Part shown: positions 48,285 to 57,577 of the stretch, piece after piece
Numbering within the stretch: the first letter of the stretch is position 1
Layout of the letters: each line of letters opens with the position of its first letter
DNA from: Defluviicoccus sp.
GTDB lineage: Bacteria > Pseudomonadota > Alphaproteobacteria > MPNO01
Length of the DNA: 64,000 nucleotides
Assembly (NCBI GenBank): GCA_028821395.1
Contig: JAPPGP010000186.1
Location: 12,114 to 76,113 of the forward strand
Direction of reading: 5' to 3'
Made by a program: the position numbers and the translations under genes
The notes under the pieces: generated by a model
What the model saw: only the letters and a program-made list of their open reading frames with translations
Databases searched by the model: none
Told to the model about the DNA's origin: nothing

Positions 48285-48902
48285 ATGGCCGAGACGCTCC
48301 GCAACAAGGAGGCGAGTTGCCTGCTCGTCTCCTGTCATCCGCTGGAGGACAGCCTGTGCCACCATCTGGTGGCGCGGGTGGAGGCGGGGCTGAAGGCGAA
48401 CGGCGTCGTCTACGAGCATCTCGACCTCTACCGGCACGGGTTCGAGGCGCCGCTGTCGGCGGCCGAGCGCGGCAGCTATTTCGACGGCTTCGACGGCAGC
48501 CGGGTCGAGGCCGAAATGGCCCAGCTCAAGCGGGCGGAGACGGTGGTCCTGGTCTTCCCCACCTGGTGGTTCGGCATGCCGGCGCTGCTAAAAGGCTGGT
48601 TCGACCGGGTGTGGGCGCCCGACGTCGCCTTCGTCCACGTGCCGGCGACCGGCAGCATCTCGCCGATCCTGGACGGTCTCAAGCACTGCCTTGCGATCAC
48701 CACGCTCGCCTCGCCCTGGAAAGTCGACCGGTTGCTGCTGCGCCAGCCGGTCAAGCGGGTCCTCAAGGGCGGCATCCTCAAGGGCTGCGCGCCGCAGGCG
48801 ACGCTGGAGATGCTGAGCCTCTACGGCGTGAACCTGCTCGACGAGAAGCGGCTCGAGGCGTTCCGCCTGAAGATCGACCGCGCGGTCGCGAGGATACGCT
48901 GA
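48285..48902 (+). CDS. NAD(P)H dehydrogenase (quinone), flavodoxin-2 family
   Basis: CHPLEDSL, DLY, VLVFPTWWFGMPALLKGWFDRV. Confidence 0.9.
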   Translation: MAETLRNKEASCLLVSCHPLEDSLCHHLVARVEAGLKANGVVYEHLDLYRHGFEAPLSAAERGSYFDGFDGSRVEAEMAQLKRAETVVLVFPTWWFGMPALLKGWFDRVWAPDVAFVHVPATGSISPILDGLKHCLAITTLASPWKVDRLLLRQPVKRVLKGGILKGCAPQATLEMLSLYGVNLLDEKRLEAFRLKIDRAVARIR

Positions 48903-50101
48903 GCGGGACCCAAGATCGCGTCCTGATTGCGGGGGCGGGTCCGGTCGGCAGCGTCGCCGCGCTGGCGCTGGCGCGCGCCGGCATCCCGGTGACCCTGGTC
49001 GAGGCCTGTGACAGCCTGCCGCTCGATCTTCGCGCCTCGACCTTCCACCCGCCGACCCTCGACATGCTCGACGAGCTCGACGTCGTCGATGCGCTGATCG
49101 CCCAGGGCATCGTCTGCCCGGTCTGGCAGAACCGCGATACCGCGCGCGGCATCGTCGCCGAGTGGGATCTCGGCGTTCTCAGGGACGACACCGGCCACCC
49201 CTACCGGGTGCAGGCCGAGCAGTACAAGCTCAACGGCATCGTCGTCGACATCCTGGAGGGGATGCAAGAGGCCGAAGTCAGGTTCTCCACCGAAGCGGTC
49301 GCCGCCCGCCAGGATTCCGACCGGGTCATGCTCGACGTGGACGGGCCGGGTGGCGCGATAACCCTGACCGGGCGCTACCTGATCGCCGCCGACGGCGCAT
49401 CGAGCGTTGTCCGCATCGGCGCGGGGATCGGGTTTCCCGGCCTCACCTTCCCCGAGCTCTGGCTCTGCACCTCGACGGAATACGACTTCGCGGCCCATTT
49501 CGAGAATCTCGCGCCCATCGCCTATGTCGCCGACCCGGAATCCTGGTTCGTGTTCGTGCGCGTGCCCGGCCTGTGGCGGCTGCTGATGCCGACCCGGCCC
49601 GGCGACACCGCCGAGGAGCTGGTGAGCGAGGAGGTGGTCCAGGCGCGGATGCACGCCGTCTGTCCCAAGGAAGGGCCGTACGAGACCTATCACCGGACGG
49701 CCTACGCGGTGCATCAGCGGGTCGCGGAGACCTACCGCGCGGGACGGATCTTCCTCGCCGGCGATTCGGCCCACATCAACAACCCGCTCGGCGGGATGGG
49801 GATGAACGGCGGCATCCACGATGCGGTCAATCTGTGCGCCAAGATCGTCAAGGTGTGGCACGGCGAGGCGGACGAGGCGCTGTTCGACCTCTACGACGCG
49901 CAGCGCCGGCCGATCGCCGTCGAATACGTGCAGGCGGCGACGCTGCGCAACAAGGCGCTGCTGGAGGAAAGGGACCCCACGGTGCGGGAGAAGCGGCTCG
50001 ACGACCTCGCCCGCCAGGCCGAGGACCCGGCGAAGGCGCGCGAGTTCCTGCTGCGCTCCTCGATGATCGCGGCGTTGAGAAAGGCGGAGGCGGTCGGCTG
50101 A
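48899..50101 (+). CDS. FAD-dependent aromatic monooxygenase (MhpA/PheA-like group A); probable CTG start
   Basis: VLIAGAGPVG, RASTFHPPT, IAADGASS, IFLAGDSAHINNPLGGMGMNGGIHDA. Confidence 0.88.
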   Translation: MSGTQDRVLIAGAGPVGSVAALALARAGIPVTLVEACDSLPLDLRASTFHPPTLDMLDELDVVDALIAQGIVCPVWQNRDTARGIVAEWDLGVLRDDTGHPYRVQAEQYKLNGIVVDILEGMQEAEVRFSTEAVAARQDSDRVMLDVDGPGGAITLTGRYLIAADGASSVVRIGAGIGFPGLTFPELWLCTSTEYDFAAHFENLAPIAYVADPESWFVFVRVPGLWRLLMPTRPGDTAEELVSEEVVQARMHAVCPKEGPYETYHRTAYAVHQRVAETYRAGRIFLAGDSAHINNPLGGMGMNGGIHDAVNLCAKIVKVWHGEADEALFDLYDAQRRPIAVEYVQAATLRNKALLEERDPTVREKRLDDLARQAEDPAKAREFLLRSSMIAALRKAEAVG

Positions 50102-50105
50102 AGCG

Positions 50106-51299
50106 CTACTCGGCGGCGATCGCCGCTTCAAGCCCGGCGTAGTTGCCGTCGTCGAGCGCGCGCACGCCCGGCATCACCTGCTCGGCGAACAGGTCGATGT
50201 TCCTCCGTGTGAGGTCGGCCGGCAGGGTGGCGAACTGCAACATGGCGACGAAGTTCTGGAAGCCGGTCAGGCGGTGCGCCTCCGCGATCCGCTTCAGCAC
50301 TGTCTCCGGGCTGCCGCAGAGGAAGGTGCCGGCCTCGATGAGCCGTTCGATCGAGGGGCCCTGGCCGCCGCGCAGTTGGCGCTTGTGCTTGAGCACGCCC
50401 TTGAGCGAGGCATGGCTCAGATAGCCGGGCGGAAAGTGCATCTCCATCGGCATGTTGAGGAACTTCGAGAAGAAGGTCTCGATATGCGGCCTCGCCTCTT
50501 CTATCGCCCGCTCGTCGGTTTCGGCCACATAGGTCGGCGCGGCCCAGCCGATCTGGCTCGACGCGGCGGCATATCCGTGCGTCCGCCTCGCCACGTCGCG
50601 GTACAGGTTGAGGTAGCGCGCGACCGAGGCGAAGGGGCTGTAGGTCTGGAGATAGACGTAGCGCCGGTCGGGGTGCGAGGCCCATTCGATGGTCTCGGTC
50701 GAGCCCTGCGACGGGCACCAGATCGGCGGGTGCGGCTGCTGATAGGGACGCGGCCAGAGATTGACGTATTCGAAGTGGTAGTGCCTGCCCTCGAAGGCGA
50801 ACGGCCCCTCCTCGGTCCAGGCGCGCACCACGAGTTCATGCGCCTCCTGGTGGCGTGACAGCGACTGCGTCGGGTTGCCGCCCATCGAGTAGTACTCGGC
50901 GCCGATGCCGCGCACGAAGCCCGAGATCAGCCGCCCCTCGGTGATGCAGTCGATCATCGCGTGCTCTTCGGCCAGCGTCAGCGGATGCTCGCGGAGGCAG
51001 AAGGCGTTGCCCAAAATGGCGATCTTCGCCCGCGAGGTGCGGCGCGCGAGCGCGGCGGCCATCACGACCGGCGAGGGCATCAGACCGTAGGCATTCTGAT
51101 GGTGCTCGTTGACGCAGAGCCCGTCGAACCCGGCCTGCTCGCAATATTCGAGCTCGTCGAGATAGCGGTTGTAGAGCCGATGCCCCTCTTCGGGGTCGAA
51201 CAGGCTGTTGGGCAGCACCACCCAGGCCGCCTTGTGCTTCGCCCGCTCGGCCATGTCGAGCGCGGCATAGGGCATCAGGTGGAACGAGAAGACCTGCAT
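50106..51299 (-). CDS. Luciferase-like (LLM) flavin-dependent monooxygenase
   Basis: FHLMPY, GFDGLCVNEHH, AEEHAMID, GFVRG, PRPYQQPHPPIW, CGSPETV. Confidence 0.9.
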   Translation of the reverse strand: MQVFSFHLMPYAALDMAERAKHKAAWVVLPNSLFDPEEGHRLYNRYLDELEYCEQAGFDGLCVNEHHQNAYGLMPSPVVMAAALARRTSRAKIAILGNAFCLREHPLTLAEEHAMIDCITEGRLISGFVRGIGAEYYSMGGNPTQSLSRHQEAHELVVRAWTEEGPFAFEGRHYHFEYVNLWPRPYQQPHPPIWCPSQGSTETIEWASHPDRRYVYLQTYSPFASVARYLNLYRDVARRTHGYAAASSQIGWAAPTYVAETDERAIEEARPHIETFFSKFLNMPMEMHFPPGYLSHASLKGVLKHKRQLRGGQGPSIERLIEAGTFLCGSPETVLKRIAEAHRLTGFQNFVAMLQFATLPADLTRRNIDLFAEQVMPGVRALDDGNYAGLEAAIAAE

Positions 51300-51328
51300 G
51301 GACTCTTCCTTTGCGGGGGGCTGCCGGC

Positions 51329-52441
51329 TCACGCCGCCTTGCGCATCGGGCTCCGCTGGCCAGCCTGTTCCATCAGCGGCATGACCCGGTCGATCCACTG
51401 GGCGAGCTCGGTCTTGTAGTCGACCCAGGACATCAGCACGCCGTCGATGCCGATCTCGATCAGCTTGTCGATCTCGGCGACGATGGTCTCCGGCGTGCCG
51501 ACCAGCGGGTAGCCGCCATGGCCGGCGATGAAGTGGAAGCGGAACTCGTCGAGCACCTTGGGATCCAGGGTCTTGGACTGCATGCCGAAGATGTCGAGCA
51601 GGTTGTTCACCGCCTCGTAGTCGCCCTTCCGGCGCACGTAGTAGTCGAGATAGTCCGCGGCCTCGGCGTCGGTGTCGCGGCAGACGACATAGACGTGGAT
51701 CCAGCTCTGAACCTCGCGCCCGGCCTCGCGCGCCATCGCCTTGAGGCTGGCGATCTGCGCCTTGCCGGCCTCGGCCTCGTGCTCCTTGAGGATGACGAAG
51801 TTCATGTCGGCCTGGGTGGCGGCGAAACGCTGGCCTGCCGGCGAGCCGCCGGCGTTCATGACGGGCAGGACCGGCTGGACCGGCTTGGGCTCGCTCCAGA
51901 CGTTCTTCGCCTTGAACCAGCGGCCCTCGAAGTCGAACTCGCCCTCCCGGGTCCAGATCCGTCTCGCGAAGTCGAGCCACTCGGCCGCGTATTCGTAGCG
52001 TACGTCGTGCTCGCGCCACTCGGCGCCGAACATCTCGAACTCGTTCTTGAACCAGCCGCAGACCACGTTGAGCCCGAACCGCCCGCCGGAGATGTGGTCG
52101 ATGGTGGCGCATTGCTTGGCGGCGGCGACCGGGTGGATCAGGGGCACGTGCGAGGTCGAGAAGACGCATGAATAGTCGGTCACCGCGGCGACGGCGGACG
52201 CCCAGGTATAGGTCTCGAAGGTCCGGTTGTTGAAATTGGTCGGCCCGCCATAGCCTTTCCAGCGGGCGACCGGGAGCAGCACCTCGAGCCCCGCCCGGTC
52301 GGCCATCATCGCGACCTCGCGGGTGTCGGGCCAGGTCATCTCCCAGGTGTTCTCGGCGGTGGTGATGGTCGAGCCGTGGCTGCAGTTCATCGCGATGATG
52401 CCGAGCTTCATCCGGTTGTCGTTGAACAGCGGGTTGGTCAT
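51329..52441 (-). CDS. LLM flavin-dependent monooxygenase (RutA-like subfamily)
   Basis: NPLFNDNRMKLG, LPVARWKGYGG, FETYTWA, HPVAAAKQCATIDHISGGRFGLNVVCGW, MNAGGS. Confidence 0.88.
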   Translation of the reverse strand: MTNPLFNDNRMKLGIIAMNCSHGSTITTAENTWEMTWPDTREVAMMADRAGLEVLLPVARWKGYGGPTNFNNRTFETYTWASAVAAVTDYSCVFSTSHVPLIHPVAAAKQCATIDHISGGRFGLNVVCGWFKNEFEMFGAEWREHDVRYEYAAEWLDFARRIWTREGEFDFEGRWFKAKNVWSEPKPVQPVLPVMNAGGSPAGQRFAATQADMNFVILKEHEAEAGKAQIASLKAMAREAGREVQSWIHVYVVCRDTDAEAADYLDYYVRRKGDYEAVNNLLDIFGMQSKTLDPKVLDEFRFHFIAGHGGYPLVGTPETIVAEIDKLIEIGIDGVLMSWVDYKTELAQWIDRVMPLMEQAGQRSPMRKAA

Positions 52442-52553
52442 GCGCGCGCTCTCCCGCGCGCAAGTGTGCCGAAATTCGCTTCCCGACGCCAGCCACGCGC
52501 GGTTCCATGCGCGGCCCGGCGCGCCTAAGATCGCAGCCGCCAGGGAGGCGCCG

Positions 52554-53129
52554 ATGCATATCCGCAAGCTGTTCACCGCCGTCGACGAGACCATGATCGA
52601 GATGGGGCGCGAGGCGAACGAGCCGCTCAGGAAGGTGGCCGTGGTCGCGGTGGTGAAGAACCCGCTCGCCGGCCAGGGCTATGTCGAGGATCTGAGCGCG
52701 CTGATCGACGCCTCGACCGCGATAGGCGAGAAGATTTCGGCCATGGCGGTCGAGGCGCTCGGCCCCTACGCACCCGATTCTTACGGCAAGGCGGCGCTGA
52801 TCGGCTCGGCCGGCGAGCAGGAGCACGGGGTCGCGATGCTGACCACGGTCTACGGCAACGCCATGCGCGAGGCGGTGGGCGGCGGCCAGGCCTGGATCTC
52901 GTCCTTCACCAAGCGGGCCTATCCCGGCGAGTCCATCGACATCCCGCTGGCCCACAAGGACGCGCTCTACGTGCGCTCGCATTACGACGGGATGAGCGTC
53001 ATGGTGCCCGACGCGCCGCTGCCGGACGAGATCGCGGTGATCTGCTGCATCGCCAATCGCGGACGGCTCAACCACCGCGTCGGCGGGCTCCGCAAGGAAG
53101 ACGCCAAGGGCGAGGACGGGCTGGTCTGA
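52554..53129 (+). CDS. 'Amino acid synthesis' (DUF1185) family protein
   Basis: VVKNPLAG, SYGKAALIG..GEQEHG, IDIPLAHKD..VRSHYD, DAPLPDEI, GRLNHRVGG. Confidence 0.82.
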   Translation: MHIRKLFTAVDETMIEMGREANEPLRKVAVVAVVKNPLAGQGYVEDLSALIDASTAIGEKISAMAVEALGPYAPDSYGKAALIGSAGEQEHGVAMLTTVYGNAMREAVGGGQAWISSFTKRAYPGESIDIPLAHKDALYVRSHYDGMSVMVPDAPLPDEIAVICCIANRGRLNHRVGGLRKEDAKGEDGLV

Positions 53130-53156
53130 GCGGCCGGCCGCATCGGGGAGGAGCAC

Positions 53157-54356
53157 ATGAAGACCGCAATCGTCAACCTTGCCACCATCGTTACCGGCGA
53201 CTGGCGGGACCCCATCGCCCCCGGCGATTCGATCCTGATGGAAGACGGCCTCATCAAGGAGGTCGGCGCCGTCGACGCCGCCCGGATCGAGGCCTGCGAC
53301 GTGGTGCTGGACGCCGGCGGCATGACCGCCATGCCGGGGATGATCGATTCCCAGGTGCACAACACCTTCGGCGACTACACCCCGCGGCAGAAGACGGTGG
53401 GCTTCCTCGAGAGCTACCTGCATGGCGGGACCACGACCTCGATCACCGCCTGCGAGGTGCACGTGCCCGGGCGGCCGAGCGACCCGGAAGGGGTGAAGGC
53501 GCTCGCCGTCGCCGCCAAGAAGTGCTTCGACAATTTCCGCCCGGGCGGCATGCGGGTGCATGCCGGCGCGGTGATTCTCGAGCCCGGGCTGACGGCGTCC
53601 GACTTCGACGAGATGGCGGACAAGGGCATCTGGCTCGCCAAGGCGGGGTTCGGCGGGTTCCAGTCGCCCTTCGAATACACGCCTTACGTGCAGATGGCGC
53701 AGGCGGCGGGGATGATCGTCAACTGCCACACGGGCGGCGCGTCGATCCCCGATTCGTCGGCGATCACCGGCAAGCACCTGCTCGACATGCGCCCCGACGT
53801 CTCGTTCCACGTCAATGGCGGGCCGGTGGCGATGCCGGACGAGGATTTCGCGCCCATCGTCAACGAGACCGAGATCGCGCTGCAGATCTGCCAGGCGGGC
53901 AACATCCGCACCGCGCTGCTCTGCCTCAAGCTCGCGGTCGAGGCCGACCAGTACGACCGTTTCCTGATCGCCACCGATACGCCGACGGGGACCGGGGTGA
54001 TGCCGCTCGGCATGATCAAGTCGGTCTGCGAGCTGGCCTGCCTCTCCGACTACCCGGCCGAGATGATCATCGCGGCCGCCACCGGCAACGTCGCCAAGAT
54101 CTACCGGCTGGAGACCGGCTTCCTGAAGCCCGGGCTGGAGGCCGACGTGCTGGTGCTCGACGCTGCGCTCGGCTGCTCCAAGGACGACGCGCTGGGCTCG
54201 ATCAAGAACGGCGACTTCCCGGCCATCGCCGCCTGCTTCACCTCCGGCATCCCCCGCTTCATCGGGCGCAGCCGCAACACCCCGCCGCCGACGCGCAAGA
54301 CCGCCATCGCCAAGAACAACCAGCCCAACATGTTCTCGCCCGCTTCCCACGTGTAG
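53157..54356 (+). CDS. Enamidase-like amidohydrolase
   Basis: PGMIDSQVH..GDYTPRQ..LHGGTTT..EVHVPGRP, CHTGGASIP, HVNGGP, ATDTPTGTGVMPLG, GRSRNTPP. Confidence 0.8.
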   Translation: MKTAIVNLATIVTGDWRDPIAPGDSILMEDGLIKEVGAVDAARIEACDVVLDAGGMTAMPGMIDSQVHNTFGDYTPRQKTVGFLESYLHGGTTTSITACEVHVPGRPSDPEGVKALAVAAKKCFDNFRPGGMRVHAGAVILEPGLTASDFDEMADKGIWLAKAGFGGFQSPFEYTPYVQMAQAAGMIVNCHTGGASIPDSSAITGKHLLDMRPDVSFHVNGGPVAMPDEDFAPIVNETEIALQICQAGNIRTALLCLKLAVEADQYDRFLIATDTPTGTGVMPLGMIKSVCELACLSDYPAEMIIAAATGNVAKIYRLETGFLKPGLEADVLVLDAALGCSKDDALGSIKNGDFPAIAACFTSGIPRFIGRSRNTPPPTRKTAIAKNNQPNMFSPASHV

Positions 54357-54361
54357 GCGCC

Positions 54362-55633
54362 ATGTCGACGCCGCCGGCGATCTCGCTCTGGGACGCGACC
54401 GCCGACGAGGCGGATGTCGCGGCGCCGCTGGAGGGCGACGGCGAGACGGACATCGCCATCGTCGGCGGCGGATTCACCGGGCTGTCGACCGCGCTGCACG
54501 CGGCCGAGCGCGGTCTCGACTGCCACGTGCTGGAGGCAAGGCGGATCGGCCATGGCGGCTCGGGGCGCAATGTGGGGCTGGTCAATGCGGGCGTCTGGCT
54601 GCCGCCCCGGGATGTGCGCGCCCGCCTCGGCGACGAAAAGGCGGCGGTGCTGATGCAGGTCCTGGGCGATGCGCCCGCCTATGTGATGTCGCTGATCGAA
54701 CGCCACCAGATCCGCTGCGAGCTGACCCGGAGCGGCACCATCCACGCCGCCCATTCGCCGCGCGGCCTGAGCGACCTCGCGCGGCGGGCCGAGGACTGGC
54801 GGCAGCTCGGCGCGCCGGTGGAGCTGCTCACCCGGGCCGAGGCGGCGGAGAAGATCGGCGGCGACGCCTATCGCGGCGGGCTGCTCGACAGGCGCGCGGG
54901 CACGATCAACCCGATGGGCTATGTCCGCGGGCTGGCGCGCGCGGCGCTCGCAGCCGGCGCGCGGATTTCGACCGAGACCGCCGTGCGTGCGCTCCGCCGC
55001 GACGGGGACAGGTGGATTGCCGAGACAGACCGGGGCCGGGTGTCGGCGCGGGCGGTGGTGCTCGGCACCAACGCCTATAGCGACGATCTGTGGCCCGGGC
55101 TCAAGCGGACCTTCACCATCATCCACTACTTCCAGGTCGCGACCGAGCCGCTTGGCGAGCCCGCCCGGTCCGTCCTCCCCGAGGGGCAGGGGCTGTGGGA
55201 TACCGCGCCGGTGATGTTCTCGCTGCGGCGCGACGCGCACGACCGGCTGATCGCCGGCTCCATGGGGCGGGTCATAGGTGGCGCGAACGGGCTTTCGCGG
55301 CGTTGGGCCGCGCGCCGCCTCGGACGGGTATTCCCCGCGCTCGGCGAGGTCCGCCTGGAGACCGCGTGGCATGGCCAGATCGCGCTCACCCCGGACCATT
55401 TGCCGAGGATCCACCGCCTGGCCGACGGCCTCTATACGCCCATCGGCTATAACGGCCGCGGCATCGCGCCCGGCACGGTGTTCGGCAAGGCGATGGCCGA
55501 GCTGCTGGCCGGCGGACGGGAAGAGGACCTGCCGCTGCCCGTCACCGAGCCGGCGCGCGACGCCCTCGCCCCGGTAAAGTCGCGCTTCTACCAGGCGGCC
55601 TTCGCCGCCAGCCAGCTGGCAAGAGCGATCTGA
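54362..55633 (+). CDS. FAD-dependent amine/amino-acid oxidoreductase (DadA/PuuB-like)
   Basis: IVGGGFTGLSTALH, GGSGRNVG, INPMGY, LGTNAY, GYNGRGIAPGT. Confidence 0.88.
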   Translation: MSTPPAISLWDATADEADVAAPLEGDGETDIAIVGGGFTGLSTALHAAERGLDCHVLEARRIGHGGSGRNVGLVNAGVWLPPRDVRARLGDEKAAVLMQVLGDAPAYVMSLIERHQIRCELTRSGTIHAAHSPRGLSDLARRAEDWRQLGAPVELLTRAEAAEKIGGDAYRGGLLDRRAGTINPMGYVRGLARAALAAGARISTETAVRALRRDGDRWIAETDRGRVSARAVVLGTNAYSDDLWPGLKRTFTIIHYFQVATEPLGEPARSVLPEGQGLWDTAPVMFSLRRDAHDRLIAGSMGRVIGGANGLSRRWAARRLGRVFPALGEVRLETAWHGQIALTPDHLPRIHRLADGLYTPIGYNGRGIAPGTVFGKAMAELLAGGREEDLPLPVTEPARDALAPVKSRFYQAAFAASQLARAI

Positions 55634-55645
55634 ACGGAGCCTCCC

Positions 55646-56398
55646 ATGACAGACCGGCCCATTGCGCTGATCACCGGCGGCGCCCGCGGTATCGGCTTTG
55701 CCTGCGCCGAGGCGATCGCCCGGGACGGCGCGCGCATCGTGCTCGCCGACATCGACGAGTCCGGGGTCGAGGCGGCCGCCCGGCGCCTCGGCGACGACGC
55801 GGCGGCGATCCATTGCGACATGGGGGACGCGGCCCGGGTCGCAGCGATGTTCGAGTGCATCGACGCCGGGATCGGCCCGCTCTCGGTGCTGGTGAACTGC
55901 GCCGGGATCGCCGTTCCCTGCGACTTTCTCGAAACCCCGCTGGAGCAGTTCGCGGAGGTGCTCGACGTGAACCTGGTGGGCACCTTTCTTGCCACCCAGC
56001 TTGCCGCGAAGTCCATGGTGGCCGCGGGAATCGCCGGGTCCATCGTCAACATGTCCTCGGTCAACGCCCAGGTGGCGATCCCCTCGATCGTCGCCTACTG
56101 CGCCTCAAAGGGGGGCGTGATGCAGCTCACCAAGGCGAGCGCGCTGGCGCTCGCGCCGCACGGCATCCGCGTCAACGCCGTCGGCCCCGGGTCGATCGAC
56201 ACCGCGATGATGGCGGCGGTCAACGAGGACCCCGAGGCGATGCGGGTCGTGATGTCGCGCACGCCGATGAAGCGCATGGGAACGCCCGGCGAGGTCGCGG
56301 AGCTGGTCGCGTTCCTCGCGAGCGACAAGGCGAGCTACATCACCGGCGAGACCGTCTATGTCGACGGCGGGCGGCTCGCGCTCAACTACACCTGCTAG
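55646..56398 (+). CDS. Short-chain dehydrogenase/reductase
   Basis: TGGARGIG, VNCAGI, NMSS, YCASKGG, RVNAVGPG, YITGETVYVDGG. Confidence 0.93.
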   Translation: MTDRPIALITGGARGIGFACAEAIARDGARIVLADIDESGVEAAARRLGDDAAAIHCDMGDAARVAAMFECIDAGIGPLSVLVNCAGIAVPCDFLETPLEQFAEVLDVNLVGTFLATQLAAKSMVAAGIAGSIVNMSSVNAQVAIPSIVAYCASKGGVMQLTKASALALAPHGIRVNAVGPGSIDTAMMAAVNEDPEAMRVVMSRTPMKRMGTPGEVAELVAFLASDKASYITGETVYVDGGRLALNYTC

Positions 56399-56419
56399 AG
56401 CTTGCGCCCGGCCGAACGG

Positions 56420-57367
56420 TCAATGGCGGTAGCTGCCGGGGGTCATGCCGTAGCGTCGCTTGAACGACCGGTAGAAGGTCGACAGGTCGCGGAACCCGCT
56501 CTCATGGGCGATGGTCTCGATGCTCGTACGCCGCTTGCCGGTCTCCAGCCGGCGCGCCGCCAGCGACAACCGGCGTTCCCGCAGGTAATCGGAGAACGTG
56601 CAGTCCTGCGCGGCGCAGACCTTCTGGACATAGCGGGGAGAGACGCCGAGACCCGCTGCGAGGCCGGCCAGCGTGAAATCCTGGTCGGCTACGTGGCGGT
56701 CGATCTCCGCGCGAATCAAGCGCCATGCCTCTGCCGAACCCGTCGGTACCCTCTCGGTGCTGTCGCCGCTGAGGATCAGGTCGACGAGACGCGCCGCGAC
56801 GGTCCCGAAATACTCGATCTCCGCATCGCTTGCCATGTTTCCGGTGCGGGCGAGCTGAAGCAGGTTCATGCGCAGGATCGGCATCAGGCGGTGCCCGGCG
56901 TGCCGCCGGCCGAAGTCGAGCAGCGCCGCGCCGCGGTCCTCCAGCGTCCGCGTACGGCTGAGACGGACGACATGCGAGTCGAACATGCCGTTCGAGCGCA
57001 ACGAGAGCTCGAAGGGCGAGGCGTTGTCGAGAATGAAGATGTCGCCGCGCGACACCGTCCGTTCGTGCCCCGCCTGGAGCCCCTGGATCGTGCCGGAGGC
57101 AACGACGTTCAGGTAGAAATCGTGATCCGGGCAGCGGGCGATGCCGGCGGGCAGACGCCGGCTGATGTATTTCGAGCTGCTGAGATGGGTGATTGCCGAG
57201 GCGCCGGCCTCGCGATGATGGATACGGGCGAAGAAATCCGACTCCGGGTCGGACAGCTCGGGATCGAGATGGGTGAAGGCCCTGCAGATACCCTCGACGA
57301 AGTAGGAAAACCGTTCGTCCGGGCGGACGTGCGTCGTGTCCCAGCAAAGGTCGACTGACGCAGCCAT
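56420..57367 (-). CDS. AraC-family transcriptional regulator (FeaR-like N-terminal domain)
   Basis: WDTTHVRPDERFSYF; C-terminal double HTH LGVSPRYVQK..RRL..IETIAHESGFRDLSTFYRSFKRRYGMTP. Confidence 0.9.
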   Translation of the reverse strand: MAASVDLCWDTTHVRPDERFSYFVEGICRAFTHLDPELSDPESDFFARIHHREAGASAITHLSSSKYISRRLPAGIARCPDHDFYLNVVASGTIQGLQAGHERTVSRGDIFILDNASPFELSLRSNGMFDSHVVRLSRTRTLEDRGAALLDFGRRHAGHRLMPILRMNLLQLARTGNMASDAEIEYFGTVAARLVDLILSGDSTERVPTGSAEAWRLIRAEIDRHVADQDFTLAGLAAGLGVSPRYVQKVCAAQDCTFSDYLRERRLSLAARRLETGKRRTSIETIAHESGFRDLSTFYRSFKRRYGMTPGSYRH

Positions 57368-57577
57368 GTTCTGACCCTGCGGATTGCCGGCCGGAGTGTA
57401 GCCGCCTCGCGGACGTGCGGCAATTCGCGGAACGCCGCCCGCTCGCCGGAAATCGGCCGCGAGATTGCCCGGTCGAACCGCCGCGGTTCGCCCGATGCAA
57501 GACTCGTGCATGCGCGGTCAAAGACCGGTCTCCCCGATGTCCATAGCATGACGGTCCAAACATGGAGGGAGGCAATC

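Noticed and set aside
42573-54350. Very long ORFs in the track (e.g. 42573..46058 -, 47060..50101 +, 50106..54350 -)
   Set aside because: Shadow or antisense frames typical of high-GC DNA; Arg/Ala/Pro-rich without motifs, or real genes only in their 3' part (starts reassigned)
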